Under the pieces are notes generated by a model. The model ran no database searches, was not told the origin of the DNA, and saw only the letters and a program-made list of their open reading frames with translations. Source: a virus (lineage: Duplodnaviria > Caudoviricetes). From it: DNA of 28,984 bases. Location of the stretch: positions 1 through 28,984 of the IMG/VR virus record IMGVR_UViG_3300036798_000096; one strand, written 5' to 3'. Both the position numbers and the translations under genes were made by a program. This document shows positions 23,834 through 28,984 of the stretch, one piece after another. Numbering within the stretch: the stretch's first letter is position 1; each line of letters starts with the position of its first letter.

Positions 23834-23864
23834 TTCGCAAAAATTACAATCATTATAATGAGAG
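23834..23864 (+). promoter_or_regulatory. cassette motif copy 7
   Basis: TTCGCA AAAATT ACAA TCAT TATAAT GAGAG. Confidence 0.85.
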
Positions 23865-23886
23865 AACACTTAAAGGAGTGATTGTA

Positions 23887-24051
23887 ATGGCTGAAGAGAT
23901 TGTCAACGTTGTTGTATCGATGCCCATGAAGCACAAGCTTGCGAAGCTCGTTCTCGGCACAGTTGCCGGGTTCGCGGTTTCAGGTTTGGTTGAAAAGGGA
24001 TACGATGTTGCATACGATTGCATCAAGAACAAGAAATTCATCACCAAGTGA
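23887..24051 (+). CDS. 54-aa protein with a hydrophobic helix (MAEEIVNVVVSMPMKHKLAKLVLGTVAGFAVSGLV...), absent from the ORF track
   Basis: SD AAAGGAG at 23872-78, bounded by motif 7 and a hairpin. Confidence 0.8.
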   Translation: MAEEIVNVVVSMPMKHKLAKLVLGTVAGFAVSGLVEKGYDVAYDCIKNKKFITK

Positions 24052-24057
24052 ATCAGT

Positions 24058-24094
24058 AAAGGAGGTACCTACCAAGGTATTTCCTTTTTCTTTT
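24058..24094 (+). terminator. hairpin/terminator (AAGGAG...TTCCTT family)
   Basis: AAAGGAGGTACCT-ACCA-AGGTATTTCCTTT followed by TTCTTTT. Confidence 0.7.
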
Positions 24095-24108
24095 ACTAGA
24101 GAGGTAAA

Positions 24109-24543
24109 ATGTTTAAACGAGACGTTACCTATGAGGACTTTGATGGCGAAAAAGTAACCGAAACGTTTTATTTCAATCTTACAAAAACCGAGATTATCGA
24201 GCTTGAAGTAGAATACAAAGGTGGACTGAAAGAAGCTCTGGATAGAATAATTAAAGCGCAAGACAATAAGCAATTGGTCGCTGAATTCAAGCGAATTGTT
24301 CTTTTCTCATATGGCGTCAAGTCTGATGATGGTAGAAGATTCATTAAGACCGATACTCTAAGAGAAGAGTTCTCTCAAACTGCCGCTTATGACGCTTTGT
24401 TTATGGAATTGGCTATGAATGAAGAATCAGCGGCAGCATTTGTAAATGGAATAGTTCCTAAGGATTTCGTAAAGGAGATGGAGAAACTAGCTGGTGATAA
24501 TGGTTCTCCTCCTGCAATTATGCCAAAGGCGCCAACAGGATAA
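24109..24543 (+). CDS. conserved phage hypothetical protein
   Basis: SD GAGG, TY.DFDG....E.FYFNLTK.E...YG.KS.DG.RF.K pattern. Confidence 0.85.
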   Translation: MFKRDVTYEDFDGEKVTETFYFNLTKTEIIELEVEYKGGLKEALDRIIKAQDNKQLVAEFKRIVLFSYGVKSDDGRRFIKTDTLREEFSQTAAYDALFMELAMNEESAAAFVNGIVPKDFVKEMEKLAGDNGSPPAIMPKAPTG

Positions 24544-25188
24544 ATGGACTATCAAGGTAACCCGAATAAAGATAAAGAAAAAATACCAGAAAAGAAAATT
24601 GAAAAGGTTGTTACCGGAGAAGTCATAAATAAGCCAAAATCAATTGGGCGAAAATTTAAAGATATTTTCTTTGGTGGAGAGTTAAAAGCCGCTACAAGAT
24701 TTGTGGCAGCGGACGTTATTCTCCCAGCCTTCCGAGATTTACTCGTCGGTGCAATTACTGAGGGTACAAGACGAGTTGTATATGGCGAATCGATGTATCG
24801 TCGCAGACCATATGAATACCGCCCTCGAGTATCTTATAATAACCCCGTATCCAGACCATATACTGCTTATTCATATCCACGAGATCCAAGAGATCCAAGA
24901 GATCGCCCAAATCTACCAGATCAACCTTCAAGATCTTGGAGACAAGATAGACCTGAGAGTAATGAAATTATTTTATCGCAAAGAACGGATGCAGAGCTAG
25001 TTGTAGAAAGACTTATTGATATTATTGAAAAGTATGAAGTTGCTTCGTTAGCTGATTTGTACGATCTTATTGGTCAACCATCGTCTCCCATAGATAATAA
25101 ATGGGGTTGGACATATTTGCGTAACGTTGAAGTTCGTCAGGTTCGAGAAGGATATTTGATAGATCTTCCACCTTTGGAGGCCGTATAA
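24544..25188 (+). CDS. conserved phage hypothetical protein
   Basis: Abuts the upstream stop. C-terminal Y..AS.ADLYDL.G......DNKWGW, Pro/Arg-rich linker with PRD x3. Confidence 0.85.
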   Translation: MDYQGNPNKDKEKIPEKKIEKVVTGEVINKPKSIGRKFKDIFFGGELKAATRFVAADVILPAFRDLLVGAITEGTRRVVYGESMYRRRPYEYRPRVSYNNPVSRPYTAYSYPRDPRDPRDRPNLPDQPSRSWRQDRPESNEIILSQRTDAELVVERLIDIIEKYEVASLADLYDLIGQPSSPIDNKWGWTYLRNVEVRQVREGYLIDLPPLEAV

Positions 25189-25189
25189 C

Positions 25190-26086
25190 ATGAAACTAGT
25201 ACCAGCGTCGGCTGTTGGTAAAATTAGTAGACAGTTGTTAATTGCAAAAAAGAACGCTCCTCATATTTTCTTTGCTGCGGGAGTAGCCGGAACAATTACG
25301 AGTACTGTTCTAGCTTGTCGTGCAACATTGAAACTATCTGCTACTCTTGATGAAATTCAAAAAGATATTGAGATAATTAAACCTAAAAGAGAAACTCATC
25401 CACTATTAACTCCCGAAGTTGTTACTGGTGAAGATGCTGTCGTTGAGCATACAAAGACGATTTATGTTTATACCAGGGCTAGTCTTCGTATTGCTAAACT
25501 TTATGGTCCGTCAGTTCTTATTGGTGTTGCTTCAATTGGCTTGCTTGCTGGATCTCATATTCAGTTGACTCGACGGAATAGCGCCTTGATAGCAGCATAT
25601 GCTGCTGTTCAAAAGGCATATGATGATTATCGAGACAGAGTTCGTGAAGAACTAGGTGTTGAAAGAGAACTCGATATTTATCATGCAGCTAAAACGGAGA
25701 TTGTCAAAGACGCTGATGGAAAAGATATTTCCGTTAAGGTTGTAGATCCGAATAAATACTCCCCCTATGCAAAATTCTTCGATGAGTATTCAGATAATTG
25801 GAAACGAGATGCTGAATTAAATCGAATGTTTATTCAATGCCAGCAAAATTATTTGAATAATCGTCTTTTAGCATATGGGCATGTCTTTCTAAACGAGGCA
25901 TATGATGCGCTTGGTGTACCAAGATCTTCTGCTGGTGCTGTCGTCGGATGGTTGAAAGACGGCGATGGAGATGGTTATATCGACTTTGGTATATTTGAAG
26001 CCTTTAATTCTAGATTTGTAAATGGAACTGAGCAAAGCATACTGCTCGACTTTAATGTGGATGGAGTCATTTACGACAAGATTTAA
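25190..26086 (+). CDS. DUF6353-like phage protein (paralogue B)
   Basis: KKNAPHI....GVAG...S.VLAC.AT, AYDDYRDRV.EELG, GHVFLNEAYD.LG......VGW, LDFNVDG.I. Confidence 0.8.
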   Translation: MKLVPASAVGKISRQLLIAKKNAPHIFFAAGVAGTITSTVLACRATLKLSATLDEIQKDIEIIKPKRETHPLLTPEVVTGEDAVVEHTKTIYVYTRASLRIAKLYGPSVLIGVASIGLLAGSHIQLTRRNSALIAAYAAVQKAYDDYRDRVREELGVERELDIYHAAKTEIVKDADGKDISVKVVDPNKYSPYAKFFDEYSDNWKRDAELNRMFIQCQQNYLNNRLLAYGHVFLNEAYDALGVPRSSAGAVVGWLKDGDGDGYIDFGIFEAFNSRFVNGTEQSILLDFNVDGVIYDKI

Positions 26087-26095
26087 AGGAGGCTC

Positions 26096-26863
26096 ATGCG
26101 AATCCAAATTAAAGAAAATTGGAAAATTTATGTTGGTATAGCCATAGCACATGGTAGCGGTATTTGTGCTGGATATTTACTGGCTAAATTTAAATCAGAC
26201 AAAAAAATCGAAGATTTGAATCTTGAAAAAGAAGAACTAGAATCTGAACAACTTCAACTCGATTTCAAAAGAGTTGAAATGGATAGGGAATTCAATGCCC
26301 AGATTCAGCAAGCAATCATAGTTATCAGAGAGCTTAAAGAATCTGGGAAAGTTTTTCTAGGTAGCATAAGAAGAGATGACCCAGAAATGGATAAATCTAT
26401 TCAAAGTCATCCAAGTAATGAAGTACGAAGAATAACTGTAGCACCACCAAATATAGATAATGAGAATATTGTGATTAACGTTTTCCCAGATGAAAATGAT
26501 GACTGGGATTATGATGAAGAAGTTAAGCATCGAACTCCAGATCATCCATACATAATTCATAGAGACGAATACTTCTCGAATGAAATGGACTATCGGCAAT
26601 CAACTCTCACATTTTATGAAGGTGACGAAATATTATGTGATGAGCAAGACACTCCTGTTTATAATCCAGAAAAAGTCGTAGGCAACATTATATTTGGTCA
26701 TGGTTCACAAGACATAAGTATTTGTTATGTTAGAAATGAAAGTCTTGAGGCTGAGTATGAAATTTTAGTTGATCATGGATATTATCAACAGGAAGTTTTA
26801 GGGGCTGAAGTTGGGAAAGACATACGACATTCTACTCGCGTCCCTAAATTTAAACGAGAATAA
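26096..26863 (+). CDS. membrane-anchored acidic hypothetical protein
   Basis: SD AAGGAGG, N-terminal hydrophobic helix, coiled coil, acidic C-domain (PYII...E, LTFYEGD.IL.D, YVRNE.L..EYEI). Confidence 0.85.
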   Translation: MRIQIKENWKIYVGIAIAHGSGICAGYLLAKFKSDKKIEDLNLEKEELESEQLQLDFKRVEMDREFNAQIQQAIIVIRELKESGKVFLGSIRRDDPEMDKSIQSHPSNEVRRITVAPPNIDNENIVINVFPDENDDWDYDEEVKHRTPDHPYIIHRDEYFSNEMDYRQSTLTFYEGDEILCDEQDTPVYNPEKVVGNIIFGHGSQDISICYVRNESLEAEYEILVDHGYYQQEVLGAEVGKDIRHSTRVPKFKRE

Positions 26864-26865
26864 AT

Positions 26866-27402
26866 ATGGACGAGCCTCTTGAAAACGCATATTTTAAGTG
26901 GCTCTGCGCAAAAGTTATACAATCTAAGCAACCAAGTACTCCATCGTTAACCTATTGGAAGTTATTGCATATTCTTCATAGTACGGAATTTGTATGGCTC
27001 TTGCAAGGAGATGATAATAGAGCTGCAGACGGTGTAGAACTACGGGGTGAATTTATATTTGAATGTAAAGTATCAGTTGCTCCTGATTGGAGAAATTTAG
27101 GCTGTTCGCTTCTAGAAATGCTTATAGGTTTTTCAAGAAGAGCACAGTTTACAACTGGTATCCCAGCTCAAGATTGGTTTTGGGAGTTTCTGGATAATTT
27201 GCATCTTATAGATCTTAATGATGGTGCAAATTTCAATGAAGAAGATGTTGAAGATATTCTCGATGGGTTTATTTGGAGAACATACAACATGGATGGTGAG
27301 GGAGGTATACTTCCACTTAATAATCCACCTAAAGATCAAAGACATGTTGAAATTTGGTATCAATTCTCCGATTATGTTGTAGACCGAAACAAAATACCTT
27401 GA
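26866..27402 (+). CDS. conserved phage hypothetical protein upstream of the helicase
   Basis: YF.WL, D.NRA.DG..LR, CS.LEMLI..S.R, G.GG..P, DQR.VEIWYQ. Confidence 0.85.
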   Translation: MDEPLENAYFKWLCAKVIQSKQPSTPSLTYWKLLHILHSTEFVWLLQGDDNRAADGVELRGEFIFECKVSVAPDWRNLGCSLLEMLIGFSRRAQFTTGIPAQDWFWEFLDNLHLIDLNDGANFNEEDVEDILDGFIWRTYNMDGEGGILPLNNPPKDQRHVEIWYQFSDYVVDRNKIP

Positions 27403-27419
27403 CCAGACAAGGGGGTGAT

Positions 27420-28984
27420 GTGGATTTCTACCGAATCAACGTAAAGGAAACTAAAGGTATTCCACAAGCATACCCAGATTGGATTGTAGATAGCGTTGAT
27501 GATTTAATGGTTAGAGGAGGTTCTTTTTATGCTGTCTGGGATGAAAATCATGGGGTATGGTCTACAGATGAATTTGATGTTCGGAGACTTGTAGATAATG
27601 ATATTCATGAATTCATAGAGAAATCAAGAACTAAAGGCGCTGTCTTAGAACCTCTTTATACCAGAAATTTCAGTACTGGTAGTTGGGAAAGATTCAATAA
27701 ATTTGTAAGAAACCTTCCAGATAATGGAAATTATCACCAGTTAGACGAAAACATAACTTTTTCTAATACCGAAACAAAAAAGAAGGATTATGTAAGTAAG
27801 CGTCTGCCATATTCTTTAAATCCTGGAAAGACGGATGCATGGGATGAACTCCTAGGTATTCTGTATTCTCCGGATGAAAGAGATAAAATTGAATGGGCAA
27901 TTGGCGCAATCGTTTCAGGAGACTCAAAGTGGATCCAAAAATTTCTGGTATTTTATGGCCCCCCTGGAACTGGTAAATCAACTGTAATTAGTATTATAGA
28001 GAAGCTTTTCGAAGGTTATATTTCAACATTTGAAGCTAAGGCACTAACTAGTAACAGCGGTACTTTTGCTATGGAGTCATTTGAAAGCAATCCTTTGGTA
28101 GCAATTCAACATGATGGAGATTTGTCAAGAGTTGAGGATAATACAAAACTCAATTCTATCGTTGGGCATGATTCAATGAATATTAACGTCAAGTATCGAT
28201 CGGCTTTCACAATAAGACCTAATGCTTTCGTAATAGTTGGAACAAACAAACCCGTAAAAATCTCCGACGCAAAAGCTGGAAATACAAGACGACTTATTGA
28301 TGTTCATCCTACTGGAGTAAAAATTGAGCCAAGTCGTTATCATATTCTTGTAGAGAATGTAAAGTATGAACTTGGCCCGATAGCTTTCAAATGTTTGCAA
28401 AGATATCGTGAGATGGGTAAATTCTATTATGAGAATTATATTCCCACAAAGATGATGATGTTGACTGATACATTCTACAATTTTGTAGAAGCATATTTTG
28501 ATGTGTTCAAATCTCAGGACGGAATTCAGCTTAAACACGCTTGGGATTTGTACAAACAATATTGCGAAGAAGCAAACATTGTTAAACGTCTTCAATATCA
28601 TGAGGTTCGTGATGAGCTAGGGAGTTATTTCAGAGAATTTAAGGATCGGCATATTATGGGGGAAAAAGAATACAGAAGTGTTTATGTTGGATTCAAGGGT
28701 TTGCCAGAACAAGGCCCCACTCCATTTGTTCCAGATACTTCATATGTGATTGAATTATCAGATTATGTTCCGGTTTATCATGATTCTGCATTCAATAGGT
28801 TATATTTCGATCAACCAGCTCAATTAGCAAAAGACAGCGGTTACCCCAGGTATAAATGGGAAAAAGTAAAGACAGTTTTAGATGAAATTGACCCAACAGA
28901 ACTTCATTTCGTAAAAATTCCAGAACAACACATCGTCATTGACTTCGATCTAGTAGATGAAGATGGAAATAAAGATCTTGAGAG
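27420..28984 (+). CDS. SF3 (D5-like) helicase fused to a primase-polymerase domain, 3'-truncated; absent from the ORF track
   Basis: GTG start after AAGGGGG, begins MDFYRINVKE. Walker A GPPGTGKST at 27957-27983, Walker B-like AIQHDGD, and an AEP-type HIVIDFD near the window end, all in one frame. Confidence 0.88.
   Translation, partial: MDFYRINVKETKGIPQAYPDWIVDSVDDLMVRGGSFYAVWDENHGVWSTDEFDVRRLVDNDIHEFIEKSRTKGAVLEPLYTRNFSTGSWERFNKFVRNLPDNGNYHQLDENITFSNTETKKKDYVSKRLPYSLNPGKTDAWDELLGILYSPDERDKIEWAIGAIVSGDSKWIQKFLVFYGPPGTGKSTVISIIEKLFEGYISTFEAKALTSNSGTFAMESFESNPLVAIQHDGDLSRVEDNTKLNSIVGHDSMNINVKYRSAFTIRPNAFVIVGTNKPVKISDAKAGNTRRLIDVHPTGVKIEPSRYHILVENVKYELGPIAFKCLQRYREMGKFYYENYIPTKMMMLTDTFYNFVEAYFDVFKSQDGIQLKHAWDLYKQYCEEANIVKRLQYHEVRDELGSYFREFKDRHIMGEKEYRSVYVGFKGLPEQGPTPFVPDTSYVIELSDYVPVYHDSAFNRLYFDQPAQLAKDSGYPRYKWEKVKTVLDEIDPTELHFVKIPEQHIVIDFDLVDEDGNKDLE

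Noticed and set aside
20748-23864. Motif array as a CRISPR array or integron attC array
   Set aside because: Spacing is irregular (about 150-1150 nt), intervals contain whole genes, repeats are degenerate and non-palindromic, and no cas or integrase gene is present
23939-24273. ORF-track calls 23939..24157 (+) and 23980..24273 (-)
   Set aside because: They conflict with the SD-supported 23887..24051 and 24109..24543 genes and span a terminator hairpin
24877-24904. 9-nt tandem repeat (PRD x3)
   Set aside because: Short in-frame slippage in a disordered linker with no sign of a regulatory role
27763-28601. Minus-strand ORFs at 27763..27981 and 28173..28601
   Set aside because: Antisense to the helicase-primase frame, which the ORF track missed only because it has no stop inside the window

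Overview
A 29-kb, visibly AT-rich segment of a long-tailed (siphovirus-type) dsDNA phage genome, with every credible gene on the + strand. Gene content and order resemble, from recall and not from a search, the ReqiPepy6/Poco6-like actinophage group (clusters AM/AU/AW/BI/CC/DJ) and related uncultured phages. The window appears to span the joined genome ends. It opens with the 3' end of a large HTH-terminated gene and a small conserved gene, then a palindromic G/C-rich candidate cos region (~570-650). Next come tail-fibre-like small genes, an amidase endolysin and holin, packaging genes (small terminase candidate, HNH, adaptor, TerL), portal, and a fused protease-scaffold-major capsid gene. Head-tail joining genes, two major-tail paralogues, a C1q-type fibre, tape measure, Dit and a Gp37-like hub follow. 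From 20.7 to 24.1 kb there is an array of cassettes, each headed by a conserved motif (TTCGCA-W6-ACAA-N4-TATAAT-purine run, 7 copies) and usually closed by a hairpin. Five motif copies precede small, mostly membrane-type proteins. Two adjacent copies instead precede ~110-nt GC-richer, highly base-paired non-coding segments bounded by GAGAGG...CCTCTC, the most novel-looking element here. The window ends inside an SF3 helicase/primase-polymerase gene. All calls come from reading motifs and synteny; no searches were run.
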